This document shows positions 40,925-50,941 of a stretch of DNA of 64,000 bases, piece after piece. Position numbers and translations under genes: made by a program. Where the stretch lies: IMG/VR virus record IMGVR_UViG_3300037761_000289, positions 925 to 64,924 of that record; one strand, given 5' to 3'. The stretch comes from a virus. Its lineage: Duplodnaviria; Caudoviricetes. The notes under the pieces are model-generated. The model saw only the letters and a list, made by a program, of their open reading frames with translations, had not been told where the DNA came from and did no database searches. Positions within the stretch are counted from its first letter, which is position 1, and every line of letters begins with the position of its first letter.

Positions 40925-41968
40925 CTACAGGGCCGTGTCCCGGGAGTCGTACACCACCTGGATCGCGGGCATCGTCCCGCCGGCGTCACCGTGGGCCATG
41001 AACCCCACCGGGCCGGACAGCACCCCCGGCCCCGACACCTGCGGGTTACCGCCCGGCGCGGACAGCTTCGTGAACGGGCAGATCACCGAGAGCCGGACGT
41101 TGTTGCCGCCGTCGGCGTCGACCCCGGTCCACGTCATCTCCACCGCCGTCGTCGTGTACGCGGCGTAGACGTCGAACACCTGCGCGCGGGACGCGAACTC
41201 GAGGTCCAGGTCGCCGCCGAAGGTCTTGAACCCGTTCTGCAGCTGCTCGGCCTTCACCCCGCCGCCGCCGGTGAAGAACCCGTCGGTGCGCAACGCGTTG
41301 CTGCCGCGGACGGTGACACCGCGGCAGCCGGCCACCTCCACCCCGGAAGTCACCGACACCAGGCCGGAGCCGAGGGACGGGGTTCCGCCCAGCTTCGTCG
41401 ACAGGTGCTTGAACGAGAACGTCTCAGCGGCCGGGTACGACGCGGCGGCCAGCGCCGTGCCGGTCGTCTCGGCCCACGCGTCGAACGTCAACCGCAACTT
41501 CAGCAGGTCGTTGACCGACTGCGACAACTCCCACTGGGTGATCTTGCTGCCGCGCATGGTGACCGGCTGGTTCGTGCCCGCCACCGACGCCTCAGGGAAA
41601 CCGAACTGGACCGTCAGCGACTTGCCGGCGGTCTCCCCGTTCCAGTGGATCTGCCGCCAGATCGCGGTCGCGGCCAACTGGGTGGCCGTCGCCGCCGACC
41701 CCAGCGCCACCTTGAACAACTGTCCCAGGTTGCGGGCGGTGACGTTGAGTTCCACCTCGCGGTTGCTGCCGGTGGCGACCTCGAACGTCCGGTCGTAGTT
41801 CGGCACGTCGACACACCCGCCGAGCCCTTCGTCGACCACCCGGACCGGGTTCAGGCCCGTCCCGCCGATCGACACGTGCCGGTGGAACTTGGTGACCGTC
41901 ACGGCGGTGCCGACGGTCGTTTCGGTCAGGTAGCCCCACTGTGAACACACCCCGGCGCCTAAAGCCAC
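40925..41968 (-). CDS. Major tail (tube) protein
   Basis: 347 aa, after the tail terminator; QWGYLTETTVGT...GKSLTVQFG...GSKITQWELS. Confidence 0.85.
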   Translation of the reverse strand: MALGAGVCSQWGYLTETTVGTAVTVTKFHRHVSIGGTGLNPVRVVDEGLGGCVDVPNYDRTFEVATGSNREVELNVTARNLGQLFKVALGSAATATQLAATAIWRQIHWNGETAGKSLTVQFGFPEASVAGTNQPVTMRGSKITQWELSQSVNDLLKLRLTFDAWAETTGTALAAASYPAAETFSFKHLSTKLGGTPSLGSGLVSVTSGVEVAGCRGVTVRGSNALRTDGFFTGGGGVKAEQLQNGFKTFGGDLDLEFASRAQVFDVYAAYTTTAVEMTWTGVDADGGNNVRLSVICPFTKLSAPGGNPQVSGPGVLSGPVGFMAHGDAGGTMPAIQVVYDSRDTAL

Positions 41969-41971
41969 GGC

Positions 41972-42214
41972 CTACTCCGTTCCCTCGTTACTCGACTCGG
42001 CCCTGGGCCGGCGCTTGGGTGGTGTCTCGACCGCGAACAGGGCCGTCGCCAGGGCCACCGTCTGGGTACCGACCTCGACCAGGACATGGTCGGCGCCCTC
42101 ACCCACGACCTTCCCGGGCACGGTGAACACGTTGTCCGGCTCCACTTCCCGCCCGGCCAGCGGGATCAGCGCGGGCGCGTCACCCAGGTACCGGACACGC
42201 AGCACATCGGGCAT
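41972..42214 (-). CDS. Small tail-module protein
   Basis: MPDVLRVRYLG...VEPDNVFTVP. Confidence 0.7.
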   Translation of the reverse strand: MPDVLRVRYLGDAPALIPLAGREVEPDNVFTVPGKVVGEGADHVLVEVGTQTVALATALFAVETPPKRRPRAESSNEGTE

Positions 42215-42224
42215 GGGGGTCTCC

Positions 42225-42713
42225 CTACACTCGCGCGGTGGCTCGTACGGTGAACGTCCAGTGACAGGCGGCGCCGTCGGCGGTCTGCAACTGCCGGCAC
42301 ACGCCGAGGCTGATCTCCACCCCGCCGCACAGCACCTCGGCCAGGCCGAGCGGATCGACGGTGTGCAGCAGCCCGGCCACGACGTCGAGGACCTGCGCGG
42401 CGGTGCGGCGGCGGGTACGCATGTCGACCTCACCGCCGATGACCCACACCGCGCACGGCACGTCCACTGTGACGTGCCGTTGGCTCGCCGCGCCGGCGCC
42501 CATCGTTGCCCAGCGCTCCGAGATCCGGGCCCCGTCGCCCTCGGAGTCCGAGCCGGTCGCGCCGATCCACACCTCTATCTCCGTGGTGCGGTCGACGACC
42601 GGGGGGCCGTCGAACACCTTCAGCCGGTCGCCGTAGGAGGCGAGGGAGGCGTGCCCGTCCAGCAGGTCGAACAGGGCGTCGATGGTGTCGGCGACGGTCG
42701 CGGGGCCGGCCAT
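42225..42713 (-). CDS. Tail terminator-like protein
   Basis: LKVFDGPPV...VPCAVWV...RRTAAQVLDVVAGLL; position. Confidence 0.75.
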   Translation of the reverse strand: MAGPATVADTIDALFDLLDGHASLASYGDRLKVFDGPPVVDRTTEIEVWIGATGSDSEGDGARISERWATMGAGAASQRHVTVDVPCAVWVIGGEVDMRTRRRTAAQVLDVVAGLLHTVDPLGLAEVLCGGVEISLGVCRQLQTADGAACHWTFTVRATARV

Positions 42714-43517
42714 TCAGGCCGCCATCGGTCGCAGCGAGTTGCGCATCAGCTCCAGCGCGCGGTGCGGCACCAGGTACCCGGAGCCGGGGATCATCGCCAG
42801 GGAGTCGGCGTCGGGGCTGGGCCGCCCGCCGGTGCCGTTGCGCACCGACCACTCATGCTGGGCGATGATCAGGCCGGCGAGTTTCAGCCTGGTCGGCCAC
42901 GGGTCGTGGCCCGCCTCGTACACGACGGTGTGCAGGAGTCCACTGTGGTAGGTGGCCAGCTGGATGAGGTTGACGTCCGGCATCAGCACGTAGTCGGTGT
43001 CGGCGACCAGCGCCGCGCGCTGCCACGGGGTGATGGAGGTGACGGACACCAGCGGATGCCGGCGGGGTGTGATGGCGCAGCCGCGCACGTTGTGCCGCTC
43101 GGTGAACTCCGTCGGCGTGACCGGCCCGACGACCCCTTCCATGATGTCGGTGACGGCGGTCAGGCAGTCCAGCAGCCGCCCGTCGTCGATGGTTGAGCTG
43201 AACCGCAGGTGGCCCTTGAGCTCTTCGATCGACGCGACGAGCTGCCGGGGGCCGCGGACCTCGAACTGGCCGAACTCCTTGCCGGTGACGGTGCCGGTGG
43301 CGGTCCACGTGTAGGTCCAGATGCCGGCGGCGTCGGGGGTGACCTGCGCGGTGTAGACGCCGTCGATGCCGGTGTTCGTCACCGTCGGGGCTGGTGAGAC
43401 GGCGGTGCCGTCCGGTTTCGTCACGGCGAGCGTCAGCGTCGGGGTGTTGACCGGGGTGCCCGCCGAGTCCTGGGCGACCGTGGTCAGCGTGACGAGGTCG
43501 CCGACGTCATAGCTCAC
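42714..43517 (-). CDS. Head-tail connector with N-terminal Ig-like domain
   Basis: YDVGDLVTL...KPDGT...GIWTYTW then LVASIEELKGHL...LKLAGLIIAQHEW. Confidence 0.8.
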   Translation of the reverse strand: MSYDVGDLVTLTTVAQDSAGTPVNTPTLTLAVTKPDGTAVSPAPTVTNTGIDGVYTAQVTPDAAGIWTYTWTATGTVTGKEFGQFEVRGPRQLVASIEELKGHLRFSSTIDDGRLLDCLTAVTDIMEGVVGPVTPTEFTERHNVRGCAITPRRHPLVSVTSITPWQRAALVADTDYVLMPDVNLIQLATYHSGLLHTVVYEAGHDPWPTRLKLAGLIIAQHEWSVRNGTGGRPSPDADSLAMIPGSGYLVPHRALELMRNSLRPMAA

Positions 43518-45265
43518 GCGTCACTCCTCGTGGTCGGGACCAGGGTCGCGGTCGAGGTGAAGGCGCGCAGTGCGCGGTTGCCGCCGACGTAGACGGTGAG
43601 CAGGGCGCTGCCGCTGGCCGGCCCGGTCGCGCCGGAGACGGTCACCTCACCGGTCGCGGACAGAACCGCGGCGGCGGTGGTGGTCAGGGTCGCGGCGGCG
43701 GACAGGGTGCCCGACGCGGAAAGGACCGCGGCCGCGGCGACGGTCAGGGTCGCGGCCGCGGTCACGGTGCCCGCGCCGGTCATCGACACGGCGGCGAACC
43801 TGGTCAGGGTCCCCGAACCGGTGAGGGTGCCCGACGCGGACAGTTCCGCCGACGGTGCCGGCGTGATACCCGAGGCGGTCAACCCGGACCCGGCGGACAA
43901 CGCGACCGCGGCGAGCACACCGACCGTGCCGGAGGCGGTCAGGCTCGACTGGGCGGCCAGCGGCCCGCCGCCGAACAGGGTCAGGGTGCCGGAGCCGGCC
44001 GCATCCGACAACGCGGACAAGACGGCGGCGGCGAGGGCGGTGACCGCGCCGTCGGCGGTGACCGTCGCGGACGCGGACAGGGCGGCAGCCCCGGACGGCG
44101 CGGTCAGGCCGACGGCGACCAGCACGCCGGACGATGACAGCGCGGCCTCGCCGAACACCTCCGGCGAGCCGGCTACGTCGCCGGCGGCGGCCAGGATGCC
44201 CGACGCGGACAGTGCGGCCGCGCCGGAAAGTGCGGTGGTGCCCGCGGCGGCGAGGCCGCCGCCGGAGGCGAGTTCGGCGGCGGCCTGGACGTCGAGCGTG
44301 CCCGCGGCGGCCAGGGTGCCGGCTGCGGACAAGGCGGCGGCCGCGGTGGTGGTCACCGAGCCGGCCGCCGTCACGGTGGTCTGCGCCGACGCGGCGGCGG
44401 CGGCGAGGACGGTGAGCAGCGCCGCGCCGGTCAGCGACGTCTGCGCGGCCAGCGCCGCCGCGGCGACCTGGGTGACACCCGCCGCGCCGGCCAGGTCCGC
44501 TTCGGCGGACAGGGCTGCGTCGCCGGTGACCTCGCTGGCTCCGGCCGTCACCCGCAGCCGGGCGAAGACGGAGACACCGGCCATGTCGGCGTTGCCGCTG
44601 CTGTAGCTGACGGACGCGTCGGGCCCACCGGCGGCGGTGCCGCTGCTGTAGGCGGCGTCGCCGCCGACGACCCGGCCGTCCTGGCCCTGCGTGGTGGAGA
44701 AGTTGAACCGGTTGTTGATGCTGACGAACGTGACGCCGGCGACGGCGACGGTGCCGGGGGTGCTCGGCGTACCGGCGTCGCCGTTGATCGCGTGGCACCA
44801 GGTCAGCCGGTCACCGGTCGCCAGGTCCAGTGTGGTCGCCGCCGCCGCCGGGTCGTACAGCGACGCCGAGCCGGTGGTGTCCGCCGCCGTCGCGCAGACC
44901 ACCGGCTCCCAGATCTCCGACGGGTCCTTGCTGTAGCACAGGCACACGCCGATGTACGGGCTTGTGGTTCCGCTCAGCGACACCGCCGGGATCGACTCGC
45001 CGGCGCTGGCCGCTTCCCGGGTGAACATGGTGATCCGGCACTGGCCTCTGTCGATTCCTTGGCTGCCGGCGCCGCCGGTGCCGGTGTTGCCGGCCGGTGC
45101 CGTCCAACCATCCGGGGTGCTCGCCGACGGCGGGCTCGCCGCCTTCGTGAACACCAGCAGGATGAGCAGGTCCCCGGCCAACTGCCCGGCCGGGGCGCCG
45201 GGCGCGGAAACGGTCGTGCCGGTGCCCTGGCTGCGGTTGCCCACCGCCCGGAAGTCGACCGTCAT
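43514..45265 (-). CDS. Structural protein with ~20-aa Ala/Ser/Thr repeats
   Basis: N-terminal beta-rich domain (APGAPAGQLAGDLLILLV), then repeats such as AAAALSAAGTLAAAGT. Confidence 0.75.
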   Translation of the reverse strand: MTVDFRAVGNRSQGTGTTVSAPGAPAGQLAGDLLILLVFTKAASPPSASTPDGWTAPAGNTGTGGAGSQGIDRGQCRITMFTREAASAGESIPAVSLSGTTSPYIGVCLCYSKDPSEIWEPVVCATAADTTGSASLYDPAAAATTLDLATGDRLTWCHAINGDAGTPSTPGTVAVAGVTFVSINNRFNFSTTQGQDGRVVGGDAAYSSGTAAGGPDASVSYSSGNADMAGVSVFARLRVTAGASEVTGDAALSAEADLAGAAGVTQVAAAALAAQTSLTGAALLTVLAAAAASAQTTVTAAGSVTTTAAAALSAAGTLAAAGTLDVQAAAELASGGGLAAAGTTALSGAAALSASGILAAAGDVAGSPEVFGEAALSSSGVLVAVGLTAPSGAAALSASATVTADGAVTALAAAVLSALSDAAGSGTLTLFGGGPLAAQSSLTASGTVGVLAAVALSAGSGLTASGITPAPSAELSASGTLTGSGTLTRFAAVSMTGAGTVTAAATLTVAAAAVLSASGTLSAAATLTTTAAAVLSATGEVTVSGATGPASGSALLTVYVGGNRALRAFTSTATLVPTTRSDA

Positions 45266-46362
45266 CAGTAGCCGTCACGGTCGATGATCTGGTACTCGCC
45301 CTGACCGCCCTCCACCGTCAACGGGTCGTCGCAGGCCATCTGACCCAACTGCAACGCCTCGCTGATCAGCGGATCGGCGAGCCGGTACGACCAGCGGATC
45401 GCCGGCCACGTCACCGCGTCCTGGTCGGTGACGTCGCAGAGGGTCATGCCGGTGCCGAAGTAGTTCGACGGGTCCGGGTGCTGCTCGGTCTCCCGGGTCG
45501 ACTCGATGAAGTCGACGATCCGTTGCGACCAGCGGAACCGGATTTCCGGCGTCTGGAACAGCACCTCACCCGTCCACCCCCGGTCCCACGGCCGGACGAT
45601 GTGCGTACCGGCCGTGGCCATCGCCGAGTCGGCGGCCAACGCGACCGCGCCGGTCTGCACCAGCGCGCCCACCACGGCCACCACGGCCGCGGCGGCCAAC
45701 GCGGCCGCGCCGGTGATGAGCGCCGGCACACCCTTGACCTCGACGGCGATCGCCGCCCACGACTGCCCGACCGGCGCGGTAAGGCCCGGCGTCTTGCTGC
45801 CGGCCGCTCCCGCGTCGGAGTAGTAGCCGCCGTAGCCGCTGTAGTCGCCGGACTGCCGGAACGCGAACAGCTCGGTGATCGACGCGGAGACGGTGCGCCA
45901 CGCCCGGCTGGTGACCGCGATCGCGTTCTCGTCGCCCTGGACGTAGAGGATCGCCGAGTTCGACCACTCGGTGGCCACGGTGACCTGGCCGGAGCCGCTG
46001 CCCTGCCGGTCCTTGCCGAACACCCCGACACCGGAGTGCGCCGACCAGGCGACCGCGCCGAACCCCCACTTGAACCCGGCGCCGGTGCCGACGAACTCGA
46101 CCGCGTAGCTGGTCGAAGAGAGCACCGGCGCCTGCCACACCTGCACGTTGGGATACCCCGCCGCCGGGGCGAACTCGTCGACCAGCGAGAACGTCAACAG
46201 CGGGTTGAAGCCGGCCGCCACGACCGTCGCCGGATCCGACGAGATCGTGACGACCGTGATCAGGCTGCCGGCGGCAAGGCCCATCGAGGACAGGGTCTTC
46301 ACACCGTCGGTGGTGGTGAAACTGCTCAACTGGCTCGTCGTGAACGTCGGCGCGGTGGGCAT
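45265..46362 (-). CDS. Structural protein, beta-rich
   Basis: Ser/Thr/Gly-rich; one Ala repeat shared with the neighbour; distinct C-terminal domain. Confidence 0.7.
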   Translation of the reverse strand: MPTAPTFTTSQLSSFTTTDGVKTLSSMGLAAGSLITVVTISSDPATVVAAGFNPLLTFSLVDEFAPAAGYPNVQVWQAPVLSSTSYAVEFVGTGAGFKWGFGAVAWSAHSGVGVFGKDRQGSGSGQVTVATEWSNSAILYVQGDENAIAVTSRAWRTVSASITELFAFRQSGDYSGYGGYYSDAGAAGSKTPGLTAPVGQSWAAIAVEVKGVPALITGAAALAAAAVVAVVGALVQTGAVALAADSAMATAGTHIVRPWDRGWTGEVLFQTPEIRFRWSQRIVDFIESTRETEQHPDPSNYFGTGMTLCDVTDQDAVTWPAIRWSYRLADPLISEALQLGQMACDDPLTVEGGQGEYQIIDRDGY

Positions 46363-46376
46363 GGCCTACACCTCCG

Positions 46377-46676
46377 TCAGAACACCCCGACGCCGATGAG
46401 GTTCTTGGCGAACTGCTTGTAGTTGTAGGGCAGCGTCTGCCCGGCCGCCGCACCGCCGAAGATGCCGGCCAGGTCGGCCAGGTCGGCCACCGCCGACTTG
46501 AGCATGTTGGCGTCGTCGGCGGAGTAGGCGTAGTCGTCGATGAGGTCCTGCGCGGACAGGCCGTCCAGCCACGCCTTGAACTGCAAGACCGCGGAGGCGG
46601 TGTGGAACTGGGAGCGGGCCAACGTGCCCGCCGCCTGGTCGATGTCGGCCTTCGTGATCTGGATACCGGCGGTCAT
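46377..46676 (-). CDS. Hypothetical structural protein
   Basis: MTAGIQITKADIDQAAG...YAYSADDANMLKSA. Confidence 0.75.
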   Translation of the reverse strand: MTAGIQITKADIDQAAGTLARSQFHTASAVLQFKAWLDGLSAQDLIDDYAYSADDANMLKSAVADLADLAGIFGGAAAGQTLPYNYKQFAKNLIGVGVF

Positions 46677-46684
46677 GGGTCCTC

Positions 46685-47068
46685 CTAGCCGAGGGTTTCG
46701 TCGAGGTCGCCGGCGGCGACGGTGAACGTGTCGCCGGAGTTGACTGCCTTGCTGGCGGTCAGCGCGCCGTACCAGATCCGCACCGTGCCGCCGTTGTTCC
46801 AGACTTCGACGCCGACGACCGTGCACGCCGGCATGTTCGTGTAGGTCACCGCGCCGGAGTTGGAGGTGGCGCCACCGGACGCGGCGGCCATGGTCACGTC
46901 CTGCCGGGCGTAGCTGCCGCCGGTGACCTCGGTGCCGTTGGCGGAATCGGACCCGTTGGCGGTCATCAGCGCCAACTTCAACGGTGTCGTCGGCCGGGTC
47001 GGCGTACCCACGCCGTTGACCCAGTCCAACATCAGATTCTCGGCGGCGTCGGTGAGGTTGTCGGCCAT
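46685..47068 (-). CDS. Tail-fibre/decoration-type structural protein
   Basis: AENLMLDW...LKLALMT...TEVTGGSYARQ...SNSGAVTY...KAVNSGDTFTVAAGDLDETL. Confidence 0.8.
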   Translation of the reverse strand: MADNLTDAAENLMLDWVNGVGTPTRPTTPLKLALMTANGSDSANGTEVTGGSYARQDVTMAAASGGATSNSGAVTYTNMPACTVVGVEVWNNGGTVRIWYGALTASKAVNSGDTFTVAAGDLDETLG

Positions 47069-47159
47069 CGGCCCTCCACTTCGGACACGTTGCTCCGTCA
47101 GGGGGATGGATGGCCGGGACGTCCACGTCCCGCTCGCACGTCAGGTTGGGGGGGTGCTG

Positions 47160-48035
47160 TCAGGACAGGGCCCGTTTCACGCCCTCGGCGAGCGACACCC
47201 GCGGCGTGTAGTAGCGGTGCAGCAGCGTCGGATCCCCGACCCGGTACGCCACACCGGCCGGCCGGTCCGCCAACAACTCGATCTCCGGCGCGTAGCCGAC
47301 GTGGCCGCACATCGCGGTGACCAGGTCCAGCATCGACGTGCCGACGCCGGTGCAGATGTTCACCGGATCCTCGGTGCCGGAGTCCACGACGGCCAGCGCC
47401 GCCGCCACCACGTCCGAGACGTGCACCCAGTCGCGGACCTGCTCGCCGCTGCCCCAGATGACGAACGGGTCCTCGCGGCGCCGGACCCGTTCGGCGAACG
47501 CGCCGAACGGCCAGCGTGTGTCCTGGACCTCGCCGTAGCCGGAGAACGGCCGCACGACGGTGACCGGGACACCGGCGGCCCGCGCGCCGGCCGCCATCCG
47601 CTCGCCGGTGACCTTCGCCCAGCCGTAGCCGGCATCGGGCGTGCCAATCCCGGCGTTGCCGAGGCTGACGTCGAACTCCCTCAGTCGCGGCTTCCATACA
47701 CCGCCTTGCTGATGTCCGATCGGGTACGCCGAACTCGACGAGACGTACAACACCCGCCGCTGACGGGTGCGCACCGCCCAGCCGAACATCGCCGCGTCGA
47801 GCAGCAGGTTGCGCGCCAGGTGCGTCGGCTGCGAGTCGATCGCCGCCCGGTGCGGTTCGACCGCCGCGCAGTGCACCACGATGTCGTGCGTCACGTCCGA
47901 CGTGCGGAACACGTCCAGCGCGTCGGTGCCGTCCACGACGTCGACCCCGGACACGTGGTAGCCGCGGCCGGTCAACTCGGCGGCGAAGTGCCGGCCCAGG
48001 AACCCCGCCGAACCGGTGACAAGCGCCGACCTCAC
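47160..48035 (-). CDS. NAD-dependent epimerase/dehydratase (extended SDR)
   Basis: LVTGSAGFLG, VVHCAA, YVSSSSAY, YGWAK, VVRPFSGYG and GSGEQVRDWVHVSDV. Confidence 0.95.
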   Translation of the reverse strand: MRSALVTGSAGFLGRHFAAELTGRGYHVSGVDVVDGTDALDVFRTSDVTHDIVVHCAAVEPHRAAIDSQPTHLARNLLLDAAMFGWAVRTRQRRVLYVSSSSAYPIGHQQGGVWKPRLREFDVSLGNAGIGTPDAGYGWAKVTGERMAAGARAAGVPVTVVRPFSGYGEVQDTRWPFGAFAERVRRREDPFVIWGSGEQVRDWVHVSDVVAAALAVVDSGTEDPVNICTGVGTSMLDLVTAMCGHVGYAPEIELLADRPAGVAYRVGDPTLLHRYYTPRVSLAEGVKRALS

Positions 48036-48622
48036 AGCTTCGCCGCCAGGATGAGCTGGAACCGGTCCACCTTGTCGTGGCGCAGGATCCGCCAACCGGC
48101 CATCGTCACCAGATCCCGGTAGCCCTGCCAGTCCATCGCCCACGCGTGGCACTCGTCATGCCAGTTCGGCGTCTCGTCCCACGGCGACGAGCAGACGAGG
48201 TGGGATGCGGCCGAACCGTGCACCCAACGCAGCACACCCACCGGGTCGGCGATGTGCTCCAGCACCTCCGTCAGGACCACCACGTCACCCAACCTGACCC
48301 GGGCCCGGTCGGCGCCGAACACGTCCAGCGCCTCCGCCTCGACGCCCCGCTCCGCCCAGCCGGCCGCGTTCGCCGGACAGAAGTCGTAACCCCACGCCCG
48401 TATCTCGCCGCCGAGCAGCTGCAACAGGCCACCGTCGCCGCAACCCAGGTCGGTGACGGTGCCGCCGCCCGACATCCGGACCGCGGCCCGCACCAGCCCG
48501 GCGGCGGCGAGCAGCCGCGGCCGGTGCAGATCCTGCTCCAGGTGCGGCGCCCGCGGCCGGTGCTCGTGGAACGCGAACGTCGACACGTGCGGAACGTCGC
48601 CGTCGAACAGCTTCCAGATCAT
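48032..48622 (-). CDS. Class I SAM-dependent methyltransferase
   Basis: VTDLGCGDGGLL, WGYD and LTEVLEHI. Confidence 0.9.
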   Translation of the reverse strand: MIWKLFDGDVPHVSTFAFHEHRPRAPHLEQDLHRPRLLAAAGLVRAAVRMSGGGTVTDLGCGDGGLLQLLGGEIRAWGYDFCPANAAGWAERGVEAEALDVFGADRARVRLGDVVVLTEVLEHIADPVGVLRWVHGSAASHLVCSSPWDETPNWHDECHAWAMDWQGYRDLVTMAGWRILRHDKVDRFQLILAAKL

Positions 48623-49209
48623 GGCCGCACCGCCCACACAGCCTGGAACCCGGCGTCACACCGGCGCTGCTCCTTGACCGTCCAGCCGCACGCCTCGACC
48701 ATCTCCGCGTAGCCGGCCTCGTCCCACGCCCACGCGTGGTGCTCGTAGTGGGTCCGGTCGTCCTCGTCGAACGGCGACGACAACACCAGCAGCGCACCCG
48801 GCAACGACCGGATGAATCCGCGCGGGTCGACCAGATGCTCCACCACCTCGGTGGCGACGACCAGCTGCCCGTACTCCAACTCGTCGCGGGTGAAGTCGGC
48901 CAGCCGTGCGTCGACACAACGCAACGTCGAAGCGACGTGGATGTTCTGCGCGCCGACGTCGTAGCCCCACGCCCGCACCGGCACCCGGGCGTGGATCTTC
49001 TGCAGCAGCGCGCCGTCGCCGCAACCCACGTCGGTGACCGTCTCGACGCCGTACGCCTCGACCACCTCGGCCACCAGGTCGGCGACCATGTCGGTGCGTT
49101 CGGCGTGGCCCCGCTGGCACACCGGGTCGACCCACGGGTGCCGGGCGAAGAACGCCGGCCGGGTGAACGCCGGGATCGTGTACTGGGGGAACAGGCGCCA
49201 CTCGCTCAC
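48619..49209 (-). CDS. Class I SAM-dependent methyltransferase (paralogue)
   Basis: VTDVGCGDGALL, WGYD and ATEVVEHL. Confidence 0.9.
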   Translation of the reverse strand: MSEWRLFPQYTIPAFTRPAFFARHPWVDPVCQRGHAERTDMVADLVAEVVEAYGVETVTDVGCGDGALLQKIHARVPVRAWGYDVGAQNIHVASTLRCVDARLADFTRDELEYGQLVVATEVVEHLVDPRGFIRSLPGALLVLSSPFDEDDRTHYEHHAWAWDEAGYAEMVEACGWTVKEQRRCDAGFQAVWAVRP

Positions 49210-49919
49210 GTCCGCACCTCCCGCAACGCCCGGACCTGCGCCACCTCGGCCGGCATGTTCATGTACTGCCACCGGGTGTACGAGGCCCGGTCGACGGCGT
49301 ACATCTCCCGCGCGTTGACCCGCTTGTGGCCCTCGTCCCAGTCGGCCTTGCCTGCGATCGGGTGCATGTGCTCGACGACCACCTCGGGCAGGTACCGGAG
49401 GCAGCCGGCCCGCCCGCCGAGATCGAGCCAGTAGTTGTCGACGTACATGTGCCGCAACGTCGGCGGGCACATGTGGCCCAGCACCCGCACGATGTCGCAG
49501 GTCATCGCCACCTGCGTCGGCAGCCGCTCACCCTGCAACAGGTCGTCGCCGTAGACGATGCCCGTACCCAGCTCGCGCAGCGCGTCCACGTACGCCCGGT
49601 CCCAGCCCTTCGTGCGCGGCCGGTGGTCGTCGCCCATGAACCCGACCGCGAACGGCGGGTCGTCAGCCGTGGCGAGTTTGACCGCGACCGCGTTGAGCGC
49701 CCGGACCATGGTGGCCGGCGCGCCGCCGGTATCGATGACGCCGTTCGGGTAGACGCCGAGCGCGGCGTGGTACTCCCCGCGCGTCGGATCGTCTTCGTCC
49801 ACCGCGAACACGAGGTGCGCGGTGGTGCGGGTCGCGCCGAACGCCTCGGCCAACCCCACGGCCGCCTCCGGGCGCCCGCGCGACGGCACGACCACCACGA
49901 GGTCACCCATCGCCATCAC
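49206..49919 (-). CDS. Glycosyltransferase, GT2/GT-A
   Basis: LVVVVPSRGRPE, FAVDEDD, GFMGDDH and HMYVDN. Confidence 0.9.
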   Translation of the reverse strand: MMAMGDLVVVVPSRGRPEAAVGLAEAFGATRTTAHLVFAVDEDDPTRGEYHAALGVYPNGVIDTGGAPATMVRALNAVAVKLATADDPPFAVGFMGDDHRPRTKGWDRAYVDALRELGTGIVYGDDLLQGERLPTQVAMTCDIVRVLGHMCPPTLRHMYVDNYWLDLGGRAGCLRYLPEVVVEHMHPIAGKADWDEGHKRVNAREMYAVDRASYTRWQYMNMPAEVAQVRALREVRT

Positions 49920-50115
49920 CCCGCGCGACCGCGAACTGCTCGGCGGCGATGACGACCACCCTCAAGGCCAACTGTCGGGCCTGCAGCATCCCGGCGATCT
50001 CGTCGGCGAGCGCACGCACGTGCCCGGCGGCGGTATCGGACGACACCCGGACCAGCAGCATGTCCCCGGGGTGTGCCACGACAGCGTCCAGCACAAGGTC
50101 GAGGTCAGGCATCAA
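49903..50115 (-). CDS. Small hypothetical protein
   Basis: VAHPGDMLLVRV; coupled. Confidence 0.6.
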   Translation of the reverse strand: MMPDLDLVLDAVVAHPGDMLLVRVSSDTAAGHVRALADEIAGMLQARQLALRVVVIAAEQFAVARGDGDG

Positions 50116-50941
50116 CGGCCACCTCGTCCCGCTTCACCGGCACGACCGAGACGGGTGTCGGGTCGATCGCCCGTTGCCGCCAGTAGTCCTCCTCCTGCAC
50201 CCACACCCGTTTCGCGTGGGTCGTCACCACACCCGTGTGCACGTAAACCGGGATGGCCAACGCCAACGCGCGCATGCAGAACGACAGGTCCTCAGCGACG
50301 ATCTGCGCCGTAGACGGGTTGGGAATCCTGTCGTACCAGTGGGGCCCGAACCTCTCTTCGATCCGCTCAAAGACGCTGCGGTGAATCAGGATGCACGCCG
50401 ACCCGGTACCGGAGCACCGCAGCACCGTGTTGCCGGGGTAGTCCCAACGGACGGCGAACCCGGAGCGGTCCTGGCCCTGCTCCTCGACGGTGACCCAGTC
50501 GAAAATCGTCGGGATCGCGGATGTCCGCCACCCGCCCATGTCGTCCGACGTGGTTTCCCGCTGCGCGAAGCACAACGCGCCGACGATGGGGCGTTGTCCG
50601 GCGTCGGCGGCATCCAACAGCCGCTCGACGGTGTCCACCGGGAAGCCCATGTCGGTGTCGATCCAGAACAGCCAAGCCGCTCTGGTGTCGTCGAGGAAGT
50701 GGCGGACCGCCTTGTTCCTGGCCTCGACGAGGCCGTCGGTTCCGCACCTCATGGCTATGTACCCGCCACTCAGGACCCGGCCGGCGTTGGCCATGTCGTA
50801 CCCGATGAGCCCGACCATCGAGTGGTGCCAGGAGTACGTCACGTCGTTCTGGTGGAGGTACGCCACGGTGACGGCGTCCGCCGGTTCGTGGTCCGGCGGT
50901 ACGCCGAGCTGGATCGGCGTGTAGGGACTTTCCTCGGTCAT
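50105..50941 (-). CDS. Glycosyltransferase, GT-A fold
   Basis: LVEARNKAVRHFL, WLFWIDTDMGF, IVGALCF, GTGSACILIHRSVFE and AEDLSFC. Confidence 0.9.
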   Translation of the reverse strand: MTEESPYTPIQLGVPPDHEPADAVTVAYLHQNDVTYSWHHSMVGLIGYDMANAGRVLSGGYIAMRCGTDGLVEARNKAVRHFLDDTRAAWLFWIDTDMGFPVDTVERLLDAADAGQRPIVGALCFAQRETTSDDMGGWRTSAIPTIFDWVTVEEQGQDRSGFAVRWDYPGNTVLRCSGTGSACILIHRSVFERIEERFGPHWYDRIPNPSTAQIVAEDLSFCMRALALAIPVYVHTGVVTTHAKRVWVQEEDYWRQRAIDPTPVSVVPVKRDEVAVDA

